Below, one piece after another: positions 41,138 through 52,399 of a stretch of 64,000 nt of DNA. Where the stretch lies: contig JAAUOP010000008.1 in the NCBI GenBank assembly GCA_012034805.1, forward strand, positions 982-64,981, in the 5' to 3' direction. The position numbers and the translations under genes are program-made. The number at the start of each line of letters is the position of its first letter. The first letter of the stretch is position 1. The notes beneath the pieces are model-generated. The model was not told the origin of the DNA and searched no databases. It saw nothing but the letters and a program-made list of their open reading frames with translations. Source of the stretch: Synechococcales cyanobacterium CRU_2_2 (GTDB lineage Bacteria > Cyanobacteriota > Cyanobacteriia > PCC-9006 > JAAUQQ01).

Positions 41138-41440
41138 CTAGCCACCCGGCTTGGTCTTGATACTGACCGGTCCATTCACTAGGGCCTGACAGGCCAAGCG
41201 ATAATTTTCGGGCTTGCGCTTGAGCTTGCGTTCCTCAAAGGCCGTCTTGGGCGACAAATTCTCCAGGCCCTCGGTCACCTCCACCAAGCAGGTGGCACAT
41301 TGGCCATACCCCCCGCAGTTCGTGAGCTTTCCCATCAGTTTGTAGATATCAACGCCATTTTCTAGCGCCTTGAACCGGAGGTTGGCGCCGTCTGCGGCCA
41401 CCACCTGCTTGTCCTCATTTACAAACTTAATCGTGGGCAT
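41138..41440 (-). CDS. 2Fe-2S ferredoxin
   Basis: [11 protein letters not shown]...RLACQ; usual position between psbM and psbB. Confidence 0.9.
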   Translation of the reverse strand: MPTIKFVNEDKQVVAADGANLRFKALENGVDIYKLMGKLTNCGGYGQCATCLVEVTEGLENLSPKTAFEERKLKRKPENYRLACQALVNGPVSIKTKPGG

Positions 41441-41633
41441 CTCACATCCTCAAACTGAACAGACTCAAGCAAAGCAGAAAATCTGCAAACCGCTATGTGG
41501 GCTAGGGGCGATCGCCCTCCCCTGTCTACTCTAGGCCAATGTAACGAAAATTAATAGAACTTCGACCCCCTAGCCCCACCTCTGGAGTGCCAGCGAAATC
41601 GCTGAAACCGTCTTGCAATCGACCCTCAGACTA

Positions 41634-41651
41634 GTTACACTCCGTTATACA
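41634..41651 (+). promoter_or_regulatory. Possible HLR1 (RpaB) site upstream of psbB
   Basis: GTTACACT-CC-GTTATACA, a 10-bp-period imperfect match to (G/T)TTACA(T/A)(T/A) x2. Confidence 0.4.
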
Positions 41652-41768
41652 TTTCGACTTTGAGAAATCGTACTCCATAAGTTTCTTTCTCGTTTCTGAG
41701 AGGTTTTGCAACCCCAACGAAATGAGCGAGAGAATTGTAAAAACTCATATCGAGGAGGCGCGTAGTCG

Positions 41769-43289
41769 ATGGGGCTACCTTGGTACCGTGTACATACGGT
41801 CGTCCTCAATGACCCAGGACGACTGATCTCCGTGCATCTGATGCACACAGCCCTCGTGGCTGGCTGGGCAGGTTCAATGGCACTCTATGAGTTGGCCATT
41901 TTTGACCCCAGTGATCCGGTTCTAAATCCCATGTGGCGTCAGGGCATGTTTGTATTGCCCTTTATGTCTCGCCTGGGTGTAACTGACTCTTGGAACGGCT
42001 GGAGCGTCACTGGCGCAACGGGCGTGAATCCAGGCTACTGGAGCTTTGAGGGCGTTGCCGCTGCACATATCGTTTTGTCTGGTCTTCTGTTTCTGGCGGC
42101 CATTTGGCACTGGGTTTATTGGGATCTAGAGCTCTTTACCGATCCTCGGACCGGTGAGTCTGCCCTCGACTTGCCCAAGATGTTCGGCATTCACCTGCTG
42201 CTGTCGGGCCTGCTTTGTTTTGGGTTTGGCGCATTCCATCTCTCGGGCCTCTGGGGGCCAGGGATGTGGGTTTCCGACCCCTACGGCATTACCGGGCATG
42301 TTCAGGCGGTGGCCCCTGCCTGGGGACCAGAGGGGTTCAACCCGTTTAACCCCGGCGGCATTGTGGCGCACCATATTGCGGCGGGCATCGTCGGCATTAT
42401 TGCCGGTCTGTTCCACCTGACGGTGCGTCCCCCAGAGCGCCTCTACCGCGCCCTGCGTATGGGCAACATTGAGACGGTGCTCTCTAGCAGTATCGCAGCT
42501 GTGTTCTTTGCGGCTTTTATCGTTGCAGGAACCATGTGGTACGGCAACGCTGCGACGCCGATCGAGCTGTTTGGTCCGACCCGTTATCAGTGGGATCAAG
42601 GTTACTTCCAACAGGAGATGGTTCGTCGCGTCAACCAAGACGTGGCAGCTGGTTCAACGGTAGAAGCAGCTTGGAACAAGATTCCTGAGCGGTTGGCCTT
42701 CTACGACTACGTGGGTAACAGTCCGGCAAAGGGCGGTTTGTTCCGAACCGGTGCCATGAACAGTGGCGATGGGATTGCTCAATCTTGGCTGGGCCACCCA
42801 GTCTTTACGGACAAGGAAGGTCGCGAGCTATTTGTTCGCCGCCTGCCGAACTTCTTTGAGAACCTGCCGATCGTGCTAACGGACAAAGACGGCATTGTCC
42901 GCGCAGACATCCCGTTCCGTCGTGCCGAGTCTCGCTATTCGTTTGAGGAAACTGGCGTAACAGCCACCTTCTACGGTGGTGCGCTGAATGGTCAGACCTT
43001 GACCGATCCTTCTGCGGTGAAGCGGGCAGCGCGTCGGGCGCAGTTGGGTGAACCCTTTGAGTTCGACACGGAAACGCTCGAATCCGATGGTGTTTTCCGC
43101 ACGAGTCCTCGTGGCTGGTTTACCTTTGGTCATGCTTGCTTTGCACTGTTGTTCTTCTTTGGCCACCTCTGGCATGGCTCTCGGACGTTGTTTCGTGATG
43201 TCTTTGCCGGTATTGAGGCTGATTTGGGCGAACAGATCGAGTTTGGCGCGTTCCAGAAATTGGGCGATGCCACGACTCGTAAGGCTTAG
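41769..43289 (+). CDS. psbB: Photosystem II CP47 protein
   Basis: [27 protein letters not shown]; full length; GAGGAGG SD. Confidence 0.99.
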   Translation: MGLPWYRVHTVVLNDPGRLISVHLMHTALVAGWAGSMALYELAIFDPSDPVLNPMWRQGMFVLPFMSRLGVTDSWNGWSVTGATGVNPGYWSFEGVAAAHIVLSGLLFLAAIWHWVYWDLELFTDPRTGESALDLPKMFGIHLLLSGLLCFGFGAFHLSGLWGPGMWVSDPYGITGHVQAVAPAWGPEGFNPFNPGGIVAHHIAAGIVGIIAGLFHLTVRPPERLYRALRMGNIETVLSSSIAAVFFAAFIVAGTMWYGNAATPIELFGPTRYQWDQGYFQQEMVRRVNQDVAAGSTVEAAWNKIPERLAFYDYVGNSPAKGGLFRTGAMNSGDGIAQSWLGHPVFTDKEGRELFVRRLPNFFENLPIVLTDKDGIVRADIPFRRAESRYSFEETGVTATFYGGALNGQTLTDPSAVKRAARRAQLGEPFEFDTETLESDGVFRTSPRGWFTFGHACFALLFFFGHLWHGSRTLFRDVFAGIEADLGEQIEFGAFQKLGDATTRKA

Positions 43290-43347
43290 GCTTGCTTTCA
43301 AGGTTCACCTTTGGCTGAGCCACTGAAGATGATGCGAAGATAGGTTC

Positions 43348-43379
43348 AGAGAGGAAGGAGACCCTTCCTCTCTTTGTTT
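43348..43379 (+). terminator. Intrinsic terminator-like hairpin after psbB
   Basis: AGAGAGGAAGG-AGAC-CCTTCCTCTCT followed by TTGTTT. Confidence 0.75.
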
Positions 43380-43484
43380 GAGGTTCGTTTGAGATTTGAT
43401 TTTTTTTGACTTGTCCACTGCCCAGGTTTGCACCCATCGGAGCTGCTAAACTTGAGGCAACAGTAGAGCGGGATATTCACTGCT

Positions 43485-43580
43485 ATGGAAAGCGTCATTT
43501 ACATTCTGGTTGTGACGGGTGCGTTGGCGACGATCTTTTTTGCGATCGCCTTCCGCGAGCCCCCCAAGATCGGCAAATAG
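43485..43580 (+). CDS. psbT: Photosystem II protein T (not in the ORF track)
   Basis: Translates MESVIYILVVTGALATIFFAIAFREPPKIGK. Confidence 0.95.
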   Translation: MESVIYILVVTGALATIFFAIAFREPPKIGK

Positions 43581-43852
43581 CGAACTGCTTGATAGGGGAG
43601 CACCGTGTTTTGTCTCCCGAAAGCATTTTTTGCCTCGCATTTGCGTCTCATATTCAAACACAAAGCCTCCCAGCTTCGGTTCGGAGGTCTTTGTGTTTGA
43701 ATACTTTGACCTATGCTGTCTGCAGGGCCAGTGGTCAGAATTCAAGCATTTGGATTGAACGATCTAAATATTAAAAATACTAAAACGCCCCAAATACCGA
43801 AACGTTGTCCGATACACAGCTGTGTTTGCCCAGTTGCATTTTTTCGAGGCCT

Positions 43853-44374
43853 ATGCACTGCACCGTCTGCTCTCACACCGATAGCCGGGTTCTAGAATCT
43901 CGCTCCGCTGAGTCGGGACGCAGTGTGCGCAGACGCCGGGAGTGCCTGAAGTGCGGCCATCGCTTTACCACCTACGAGCGCATTGAATTTGTCCCGATCA
44001 CGGTGATCAAACGCAACGGCGATCGCCAATCCTTCGACAGCTCTAAACTCCTCCAAGGGATTGCCCGAGCCTGCGAGAAAACCAGCGTCTCTCCCCAAGA
44101 GCAGCAGCGCATCGTCGCCGATGTAGCCGCTGACATCCAGCAGCGAACCCTGAGGGAAATTGCTAGCACCGGAATCGGAGACTTGGTACTGCAAGAGTTG
44201 CGGCCTCTAAGCGAAGTCGCTTATGTCCGGTTTGCCTCCGTTTATCGCAAATTCCAGGGCATTCGTGACTTTGTTGAAACCCTTGACCAGTTACGCGAGT
44301 CCAGACCTGTCCCCGCAGAAACCACTGCCCCGACTCCCCAGAGCATCACCTCAACCACCGCCGTGGGTTCATGA
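43853..44374 (+). CDS. nrdR: Transcriptional repressor NrdR
   Basis: CxxC...SRVLESR...RRRRECxx[18 protein letters not shown]. Confidence 0.95.
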   Translation: MHCTVCSHTDSRVLESRSAESGRSVRRRRECLKCGHRFTTYERIEFVPITVIKRNGDRQSFDSSKLLQGIARACEKTSVSPQEQQRIVADVAADIQQRTLREIASTGIGDLVLQELRPLSEVAYVRFASVYRKFQGIRDFVETLDQLRESRPVPAETTAPTPQSITSTTAVGS

Positions 44375-44580
44375 GGCGCTCAATCGACATAAAGATTGGG
44401 GATGATACTTTGAGTTTCATCCAGTTTTCGTTATGATGGAAAATCTGGAATAAAACTCATCGTGAGGTAGTTCATCTGTGCCGCGAGGCTGGCCGTCGCG
44501 CTTGTGCAGAATGTCTAACCTCGTTCTCGATGCAAATTTTGTACAGCTTAGACACGGAGACTCCCCAGGAAACCCTTAGC

Positions 44581-45617
44581 ATGGCCAATCAGGAAACCGC
44601 CACCGCGGACATCGGTTTTACTCTCGACGATTTCGCAGCCCTACTCGACAAGTACGATTACCACTTTAACCCCGGCGATATCGTCGCCGGTACAGTGTTT
44701 AGCCTAGAACCTCGCGGTGCGCTCATCGACATTGGTGCGAAAACAGCGGCTTATATCCCCATCCAGGAAATGTCCATTAACCGAGTGGATGCTCCGGATG
44801 AGGTCTTGCAATCCAACGAAACCCGCGAATTTTTCATTCTCACCGACGAAAATGAAGACGGTCAACTGACACTCTCCATTCGCCGAATTGAATACATGCG
44901 TGCCTGGGAACGGGTTCGTCAGCTCCAGACCGAGGATGCCACCGTTCGTTCTGCGGTATTTGCACCAACCGAGGTGGAGCCTTGGTGCGCATCGAAGGGT
45001 TGCGCGGTTTCATTCCCGGCTCCCACATCAGCACCCGCAAGCCGAAGGAAGACCTGGTTGCAGAAGAGTTGCCGCTCAAGTTTCTGGAAGTGGACGAAGA
45101 TCGCAACCGTTTGGTCTTGAGCCATCGGCGGGCCTTGGTCGAGCGCAAGATGAACCGCCTGGAAGTGGGCGAAGTTGTCATTGGTACAGTGCGTGGGATT
45201 AAGCCCTACGGTGCCTTCATCGACATCGGCGGCGTCAGTGGCCTGCTGCACATCTCCGAGATTTCCCACGATCACATCGAAACGCCCCACAATGTTTTCA
45301 ATGTGAACGATGAAGTCAAGGTGATGATCATTGACTTGGATGCCGAGCGGGGGCGTATCTCGCTTTCAACCAAGCAGCTTGAGCCGGAACCCGGTGATAT
45401 GGTCAAGAATCCTCAGGTTGTCTATGACAAGGCTGAAGAAATGGCTGAGAAATATCGTGAGCAATTGCGCATGAAGGCCGAGGGGATTGATCCCAATAGT
45501 ATTCAGCCTGCTGAGGGCTATGACGTAGAGCCGGATCAAGAGCTGGATGAGCAGGCAGCTGAACTGTCCGATGATTCGAATGGTGATGATTCGAATGGTG
45601 ATGATTCGGAAGAGTAA
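44581..45617 (+). CDS. rps1: 30S ribosomal protein S1; frameshift near 44962
   Basis: DIGAKTAAYIP, LRGFIPGSHIS, GLLHISEISH; three S1 domains. Confidence 0.95.
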
Positions 45618-45673
45618 ATCGGATCGGATTTCTGGTTTAAAGTGCCGGGTTTGAGAATGACCCTTTGCTCCCG

Positions 45674-45708
45674 TCCTTGGCCTCATCTGAGACCAAGGAT
45701 TTTTGTTT
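45674..45708 (+). terminator. Intrinsic terminator after rps1
   Basis: TCCTTGG...CCAAGGA stem followed by TTTTTGTTT. Confidence 0.7.
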
Positions 45709-45792
45709 GTAAAACTGTTGGTTGAACCCGATAAAGTTTTTGACCAGGCAAGTTCAATTGGGAATTTGCCTCAAAGATAAAGGAAAACATTC

Positions 45793-46530
45793 ATGGCGAC
45801 CCTTCGTTGCGGCCCCCGTCTCTATTCCAATATTGAGGCGGTTTTGTTTGATAAAGACGGTACGTTGGCAGACTCAGCACCTTATCTGATTCAGTTGGGT
45901 CAGCATCGTGCCCAGGCGCTGGAGGCTCAAGCTCCCGGTGTGGAGAGCAGTTTGCTGCGGGCGTTTGGCTTGCAGGGCGGGCAACTTAATCCGGCGGGTT
46001 TGTTGGCGGTCGCTTCTCGGGCGCAAACTCAGACGGCAGCGGCGGCCTTGGTGGCGGCAATGGGGTATGACTGGCATGGGGCGATCGCGATCGCCCAAGC
46101 TGCCTTCGAAGCCGCCGACACCCAGATGCCACGCAAGGCTGAATCGACCACGCTGTTTCCTGAGGCTCGACCTTTGCTGGCGCAATTAGCCCAGGCTCAG
46201 GTCAAGGTCGGGGTAATTTCTGCGGACGTGACTGCAAATATTGACGATTTTCTGGGTCACCATGGGCTGACGGAGCAGGTCGCGCTGGTTTGGGGCAATG
46301 ACTGTCATCCGGCCAAACCGGATCCGCTGGCGTATGTCGCGGTCTGCGAAATGCTGGGGGTTGCTCCGGCTCAGACGCTGATGTTAGGGGATGCGGCGGG
46401 GGATTTGAGTATGGCGACGGGGGCGGGGGCGGCGGGGGCGATCGGGGTGTTGTGGGGATGGGAGGGGTTGGGGGCGATCGCCGGAGCTGACCTCTTGCTT
46501 CACTATTGGCATGAGCTGGAGGTTGTTTAA
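45793..46530 (+). CDS. HAD-family hydrolase
   Basis: LFDKDGTL, KPDP, MLGDAAGD. Confidence 0.9.
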   Translation: MATLRCGPRLYSNIEAVLFDKDGTLADSAPYLIQLGQHRAQALEAQAPGVESSLLRAFGLQGGQLNPAGLLAVASRAQTQTAAAALVAAMGYDWHGAIAIAQAAFEAADTQMPRKAESTTLFPEARPLLAQLAQAQVKVGVISADVTANIDDFLGHHGLTEQVALVWGNDCHPAKPDPLAYVAVCEMLGVAPAQTLMLGDAAGDLSMATGAGAAGAIGVLWGWEGLGAIAGADLLLHYWHELEVV

Positions 46531-46580
46531 GCGTAACCGTTCTTGAGATTGTTAACAAAGCCAGCAAGACGCAGTCACTT

Positions 46581-47096
46581 CTAGCCATTTGAGCATTTTG
46601 GCTTAGTTGCCGATTCGGAAATTCTCCCTTGCTGCAAGTCTTGAAGTACGGCCCAAAACAGCCAAATTGAGATGGCTAAACCAATTGTGAAACTGATTGC
46701 CAGATCTAGCGGTTTGAAGAGGTTTTGGTCATAGGCAATCCCATAAACCCAAATGCTGAGCGGCAACATTAAAAATAATCCCGTCCAACTGCCTGGTCTG
46801 ATTTGTCCCATTTTCCAACTCAATCCCAGATGGTCGAGCAATGGATGCGTTACCCCCACCGCAGGTAGAATGCCACTGACGATCGGCAAGTGCCAGCCGA
46901 TCGCTGCGAGGACAATCGCAAAGATAAAGATTGGGACATTGTCTAAAAACAGTGCCCGATTGAAGACAACCGCTTGCCAATCGGGTTTGCGCTGTTCATA
47001 GTCTGGTAGCCAAGCTTCGGCGATCGTATGCAGGATCAGGGCGATCGCCACCAGCCATATTGCTAAGTCTTTTAATGCCAAGTCTTTTAATGCCAT
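46581..47096 (-). CDS. HXXEE-like membrane protein
   Basis: LHTIAE in the first TM, H...H then RPGSWTG; multiple TM helices. Confidence 0.6.
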   Translation of the reverse strand: MALKDLALKDLAIWLVAIALILHTIAEAWLPDYEQRKPDWQAVVFNRALFLDNVPIFIFAIVLAAIGWHLPIVSGILPAVGVTHPLLDHLGLSWKMGQIRPGSWTGLFLMLPLSIWVYGIAYDQNLFKPLDLAISFTIGLAISIWLFWAVLQDLQQGRISESATKPKCSNG

Positions 47097-47118
47097 GATC
47101 CTCTACGCTCCTAACATC

Positions 47119-47799
47119 TTACCCAGTTGCTAATAGCCGTTCTAGCCCGTCCAAGACCATATTTAACCCAAACTCAAACTCATGTAACCCATCGTATCGT
47201 CGCTCCATCACCTCGATCGTTAACCAATGCATATTCGGATATAGCTCCGCCGGAATCAACCCCTCCCCCATCTTGGCCGCCTCCGCATAATCCTCCGGCT
47301 CAAACGGAAACTTCAACTCCTGCATCGTAAACCCATAAATGTGACTATCTATCGCATTCCAAGCATGGTCCGCCATCACCAACGAAAATCCTCCTGCGTG
47401 TAAACAGCCCAGGGTCGCATCGATATACCGCAACATCATTGGCCCTACATTCACTCGCGACATTAAGGCGATCGCCGCCCAAGGATGCCGCAATAGGACC
47501 TCATGGGCCACGATCGCCCGCCGCCGCATTTCCCCCTGCCAAGCCTTACCGACCTCCGGCACCGCCATTTTCTCTACCACCAACTCCACCATCCCATCAA
47601 TCAAATCCTCCTTATTGGCCACGTGGTTGTACAGCGACATCGCCTGCACGCCCAAGCCCTGGGCCACCTTGCGCATCGACAACCCCTCCAATCCCTCCCG
47701 ATCGGCCAGATCCAACGCCGATCGCAAAATCCGCGTCCGACTCAACGCCAATGACTGAATATCCTGCCGCTTTGCCATTTGTGCTTGCCTCAACCCCAT
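47119..47799 (-). CDS. TetR family regulator
   Basis: ALDLADREGLEGLSMRKVAQGLGVQAMSLYNHV HTH; FEFGLNMVLDGL. Confidence 0.9.
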   Translation of the reverse strand: MGLRQAQMAKRQDIQSLALSRTRILRSALDLADREGLEGLSMRKVAQGLGVQAMSLYNHVANKEDLIDGMVELVVEKMAVPEVGKAWQGEMRRRAIVAHEVLLRHPWAAIALMSRVNVGPMMLRYIDATLGCLHAGGFSLVMADHAWNAIDSHIYGFTMQELKFPFEPEDYAEAAKMGEGLIPAELYPNMHWLTIEVMERRYDGLHEFEFGLNMVLDGLERLLATG

Positions 47800-47809
47800 C
47801 GCCGTTATC

Positions 47810-47849
47810 TTGACAAACTTACAGCGTAAGCTAAACTTACAGTGTAAGT
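47810..47849 (+). promoter_or_regulatory. Promoter with tandem TetR operators
   Basis: TTGACA at 47810, TAAACT at 47832, palindromes CTTACAGCGTAAG (47818-47830) and CTTACAGTGTAAG (47836-47848). Confidence 0.8.
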
Positions 47850-47872
47850 CTATGCTCTTCAAAGGCGACCCC

Positions 47873-48844
47873 ATGAAAGCGATCGTGCAAACGGTTTATG
47901 GCTCACCGGATGTGCTGCAATTGGCTGAGGTCAGCCTGCCCAGGGTTCCTGACAATGGCGTACTGGTCAAAGTCCACGCCACCTCCGTCAATGCCGGTGA
48001 CTGGTACCTGATGCGCGGCAGTCCCTTTTTTGTGCGCCTGATGTTTGGGGGATTACGCAAACCCAAGATTCCAACGTTGGGCATGGATGTGGCCGGTACC
48101 GTGGCAGCTGTTGGCCGATCGGTGACACAATTTAAGCCCGGTGATGCGGTCTTTGGAGATACCTCCGAAGCGGGGTTTGGCGGGTTTGCCGAATATGTTT
48201 GCGCCCCAGAATCTACCTTTGTCCATAAGCCCAATCAGATTTCCTTTGCAGCGGCTGGCACTGTTCCCGTTGCGGCTGTAACGGCACTCCAAGGACTGCG
48301 CGACTGTGGCCATATTCAACCGGGTCAAACGGTTTTAATCAATGGTGCATCTAGCGGGGTTGGCACCTTTGCAGTTCAGCTTGCCAAGGCCTTTGGTGCG
48401 GAGGTTCATGCCCTATGTAGCACCGAAAAAATGCCGATCGTCCGTCAACTCGGTGCGGATCAAGTCATCGATTATAGGCAAACCGATATTACCCAAACGT
48501 CAGTTCAATACGATTTGATTTTTGATGCCGCTGCCTATCGATCGGTTTTCCACTACTTTTCTATTTTGAAACCCCAGGGCACCTATGTTTTAGTGGGTGG
48601 ATCGATCGGGCGATTGCTCCGATTGATGCTGTTTGGTGGTTTGATTTCACGCCTACGCCCCCAAACGATAAAGGTCTTGTCCGTCAAACCGAATCAAGCG
48701 GATTTATTGGTTCTCTGTGACCTTCTGGCAGCGGGAAAGATTAAACCAGCGATCGATCGCACCTACTCACTCAGCGAAGTTCCGATCGCCATTCGCGAAC
48801 TTGAACAACGTCAGGTAACTGGGAAAATTGCGATCGTAATTTAA
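47873..48844 (+). CDS. NAD(P)-dependent MDR family oxidoreductase
   Basis: MKAIV...YGSPDVL, GMDVAG, INGASSGVG, GKIAI. Confidence 0.9.
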   Translation: MKAIVQTVYGSPDVLQLAEVSLPRVPDNGVLVKVHATSVNAGDWYLMRGSPFFVRLMFGGLRKPKIPTLGMDVAGTVAAVGRSVTQFKPGDAVFGDTSEAGFGGFAEYVCAPESTFVHKPNQISFAAAGTVPVAAVTALQGLRDCGHIQPGQTVLINGASSGVGTFAVQLAKAFGAEVHALCSTEKMPIVRQLGADQVIDYRQTDITQTSVQYDLIFDAAAYRSVFHYFSILKPQGTYVLVGGSIGRLLRLMLFGGLISRLRPQTIKVLSVKPNQADLLVLCDLLAAGKIKPAIDRTYSLSEVPIAIRELEQRQVTGKIAIVI

Positions 48845-48919
48845 CCAGATCGTGATTTTCAAGAATTTAATTGAAGTTGATGTCTTGAATGTTGGTTTCT
48901 GGAAGATTATCTTACTAGC

Positions 48920-49468
48920 CTAACGATTCGCAATGTTCTCGATTGCGCTAAGCGATTCATCACACCAAGCCACCCAATCCTCTTGATAGCGAATTGCTCG
49001 TCGGATAATTAGATGCATATAGAGATCTTTTAGCTCTAAAGATGCGGCATGGTTGGCAAAATGTTCATCCATTTTTCTCGCCTGTTGCGCCATGTCCGCA
49101 TGGAGCTTTCGTCGTCGCGTAATTTCGTGAATGATGATCGTCGGTGATACAAGATGCCCAGCCAATCCCATCACACCCAAATCTTCCCGAATGGCCGTCG
49201 GTTCCGTCGGTTGGGTTAACCAATCCGTGAGCTCTTGCTGCCCCTGTGACGTGATGGAATAGATTTTCTTATCTAACCGACCGGACTGGGGAATCGCCTG
49301 ATAGGTGACGTGACCTTGCTGCTCCAGCTTGGTCAGTTCGCTGTAGATCTGCTGCTGACTGGCTTTCCAAAAACATCCCCCAAATCCCTCCGCAAATTCC
49401 TTCGCGATTTCATAGCCACTGAGGGGAGTCCGCGACAAAAAAGCCAGGATTGTATGCTTGAGCGCCAT
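48920..49468 (-). CDS. PadR family regulator
   Basis: SGYEIAKEF...FWKASQQQIYSEL...KKIYSIT. Confidence 0.9.
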   Translation of the reverse strand: MALKHTILAFLSRTPLSGYEIAKEFAEGFGGCFWKASQQQIYSELTKLEQQGHVTYQAIPQSGRLDKKIYSITSQGQQELTDWLTQPTEPTAIREDLGVMGLAGHLVSPTIIIHEITRRRKLHADMAQQARKMDEHFANHAASLELKDLYMHLIIRRAIRYQEDWVAWCDESLSAIENIANR

Positions 49469-49538
49469 AGACGGACATGTTAACGGATGGGGACAAAATT
49501 TGCTTGACGGAGGTGAGACCTTGAGTTTACCTTAATCC

Positions 49539-49588
49539 TTGTACTCAAAAAATTGAATACAAATAGTAGTATTCAATAAAAGGAATAG
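49539..49588. promoter_or_regulatory. Putative PadR operator
   Basis: TTGTACTCAA-AAAA-TTGAATACAA inverted repeat plus a degenerate second copy GTATTCAATAAAAGGAATAG. Confidence 0.65.
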
Positions 49589-49589
49589 T

Positions 49590-50387
49590 ATGCGTAGTCA
49601 GCGGCAACAGCAGCTACTGAGCCAGTATGGGGCTTGGGCGATCGTCACCGGCGCGTCCTCCGGCATTGGCCGTGCGATGGCGTTGCAGTTGGCTGAGGCG
49701 GGGTTGCATCTCGTTTTGGTCGCCCGGAGCCAAGCGGTATTAGAAGCCATGGCTGAGGACTATCGCGATCGCCATGGGATTCAGGTACGGGTGCTGGCCC
49801 TAGATTTATCACAGGCGGCGACTGTTGCCACGGTGGTGGCGCAGACCCAGGATTTGGCGGTTGGATTGTTGATTGCGGCGGCTGGATTTGGTACCTCGGG
49901 GGCTTGGCTCAAGTCCCAGATCCCTCAAGAATTGGACATGCTACAGGTTAATTGCCGATCGCTGCTGGAATTGACCTGGCACTTCTCCCAGCGATTTGCC
50001 CAACAGCGGCGCGGTGGGATTGTGCTCCTCAGTTCGATCGTCGCGTTTCAGGGAGTCCCCTATAGCGCCCATTACGCCGCGACTAAGGCCTATGTTCATT
50101 CCTTCGCCGAAGCCTTGGCCGTGGAACTCGCCCCCCTAGGTGTTGATGTGCTAGCAGCAGCTCCAGGCCCAACGGCTACTGGCTTTGCCGATCGGGCCAG
50201 GCTGACCATGGGACAGACCTTAGATGTTGTCACCGTGGCGCAGAGCATTCTCAAGGCACTGGGGCGTCGGTCAACGGTGCTGCCGGGGTGGTTATCAAAG
50301 CTGCTTGCCTATGCGCTATGGCCGTTGCCACGCTGGGCCAAGGTGCAGGTGATGGGCCGAGTAATGCAAGGGATGACCCAAAATTGA
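49590..50387 (+). CDS. Short-chain dehydrogenase/reductase
   Basis: TGASSGIG, YAATK. Confidence 0.9.
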   Translation: MRSQRQQQLLSQYGAWAIVTGASSGIGRAMALQLAEAGLHLVLVARSQAVLEAMAEDYRDRHGIQVRVLALDLSQAATVATVVAQTQDLAVGLLIAAAGFGTSGAWLKSQIPQELDMLQVNCRSLLELTWHFSQRFAQQRRGGIVLLSSIVAFQGVPYSAHYAATKAYVHSFAEALAVELAPLGVDVLAAAPGPTATGFADRARLTMGQTLDVVTVAQSILKALGRRSTVLPGWLSKLLAYALWPLPRWAKVQVMGRVMQGMTQN

Positions 50388-50409
50388 AGCCTCAAATTCT
50401 AGGAGCACC

Positions 50410-51750
50410 ATGACTCAACCACAGGACCATCCAACGATTCAATGGTGGCGCACTCGATCGGCCATGCCGCCAGCCATGGCGGTGGCGATTCCCTTAAATG
50501 CGGAGTCACTCCGCGAACTCTGTTTGGCAGCAGGGGCCGATGATGTTGGATTTGTCGAAATCGATCGACCTGAGCTTGCCGATCAGCGAGCGGATATTCT
50601 CGCCGCATTTCCTAAAACAAAAACCTTAATTAGTTTTGTTTGCCGCATGAATCAGGAAAATGTGCGGACACCCCTTCGATCGATCGCCAATACGGAATTT
50701 CATGCCAGTGGTGAAGAGATCAATCACGTTGGCCGTGCCATTGTGGAACGACTGACGGCCATCGGTATCCGGGCGTTGAATCCCTCGGTGGCATTTCCCC
50801 AGGAGATGGATCGTTTTCCGGGCAAAATCTGGATTGTCTCCTATAAGCCTGTCGCTGTTGCTGCTGGTTTGGGCCATATCGGACTACATCGCAATGTGAT
50901 TCATCCCAAGTTTGGTAACTTTATCTCCTTGGGCGCTGTGTTGATCGAGACAGCCGTTTCTGCCTACGACCAGCCGATTGACTACAATCCTTGTATTGAC
51001 TGTAAGCTTTGTGTTGTGGCTTGTCCAGTCGGGGCGATCGGCATGGATGGTCACTTTAATTTTTCAGCTTGCTATACCCATAATTATCGCGAGTTAATGG
51101 GTGGATTTACCGATTGGGCCGAGACGATCGCCGACAGTAAAAATGCCCGTGCCTATCGCGAAATTTAGCGATGCTGAATCAGCTTCGCTATGGCAAAGTC
51201 TATCCTTAAAGCGAACTATAAGGCCGCCTATTGCATTGCCGCCTGTCCGGCAGGAGAGGATGTGATTGGGGCATTTCTGCACGATCGTCCAGGGTTTGTT
51301 CGGGACGTTGTTAAACCATTGCAGGACAAGGTAGAAATGCTTTATGTTGTGCCCGGTTCAGATGCCGAAACCTACGCGGCTAAACGCTTTCCACATAAAA
51401 CTGTCAAGCGCGTTAGCAGTGCGATTCGCCCCCAATCGATCGCTGGATTTTTGTTTGGCTTACCGTTGCTATTCCAACGCAACCAGTCCCAGGGTTTGAA
51501 TGCAACCTATCACTTTACCTTTACAGGATTAGAACCCTGCTTAGCTACGGTTGTAATTCAATCCAAGACGCTACAGGTACAGCAAGGCCATGTGGGGCAA
51601 GCCGATCTGCTGGTCACAGCCGACAGTCATACCTGGTTGGGGCTTCTCCGGCAGGAGCAGCCTATCTTTTGGGCCTTACTCCGACGCAAAATCCGAATCA
51701 AAGGTTCGCTGAAACTACTTCAGGCATTTGGGCGATGTTTCCCAGCTTAA
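50410..51750 (+). CDS. Epoxyqueuosine-reductase-like 4Fe-4S protein fused to an SCP2 lipid-binding domain; frameshifts near 51165-51210
   Basis: GADDVG, AVAAGLGHIG.HRNVIHPKFG, CIDCKLCVVACP, YCIAACP; C-terminal YHFTFTG...KIRIKGSLKLL. Confidence 0.75.
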
Positions 51751-51814
51751 TTCGCTGACATCGCGATACATGTCACAATGTTATAACCATGCTATATGTG
51801 CCACAATTGAATAT

Positions 51815-52192
51815 ATGAATTCTGATATCGTAGCCCAAGTTCGAGCCTGTGAAACCCGCCTTTATGCCGCCATGTTGGCCTCTAATGTGGCCGAATTGGA
51901 TGCGCTGATTGCTGATGATTTGCTGTTTGTCGGGCCATCGGGGGACTTAGCGACCAAAGCGATGGATTTGGAGCTGCATCGTACGGGTGTCACACAGTTT
52001 CATGAGTTAGTACCCCAGGATTTAGACATTCGGATTTGGAGTGAGCAAGGGGCGATCGCAGTGGTCAAAATCTTCCTCCGTGGTACCTATTTGGGCAATG
52101 ACTTTGCGGGTGATTTCCGCTATCTACGAGTTTGGCGGAAGGGTGAAATGGGTTGGCAAGTCGTCGGGGGCAGTGTTAGTACGATCGCGTGA
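51815..52192 (+). CDS. NTF2-like (DUF4440) protein
   Basis: LDALIADDLLFVGPSG...RYLRVW....GWQVV. Confidence 0.8.
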   Translation: MNSDIVAQVRACETRLYAAMLASNVAELDALIADDLLFVGPSGDLATKAMDLELHRTGVTQFHELVPQDLDIRIWSEQGAIAVVKIFLRGTYLGNDFAGDFRYLRVWRKGEMGWQVVGGSVSTIA

Positions 52193-52231
52193 ATCACTAA
52201 CCCTAAAGACATTGCCTAAAGACTGACCAAT

Positions 52232-52366
52232 TGGGCGATCGCTCATCAAACCAAGTTAGCTAACCCGTCTCATGGTGAATCCCGGCGCGTAAGGTGAGAT
52301 ATTGGCAGCGCAGTTCCATCGATAGCGTTTCAGGTTGGGCAAAAACTGCTGGGCGATCGCTCATCA
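52232..52366 (-). pseudogene. PadR C-terminal remnant between 17-bp HIP1-containing direct repeats
   Basis: Reads CQYLTLRAGIHHETG*LTWFDE; flanked by TGGGCGATCGCTCATCA at 52232 and 52350. Confidence 0.55.
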
Positions 52367-52399
52367 GTGGCCAGTGAGAATTCCTAAGTTTTTGCTCCT

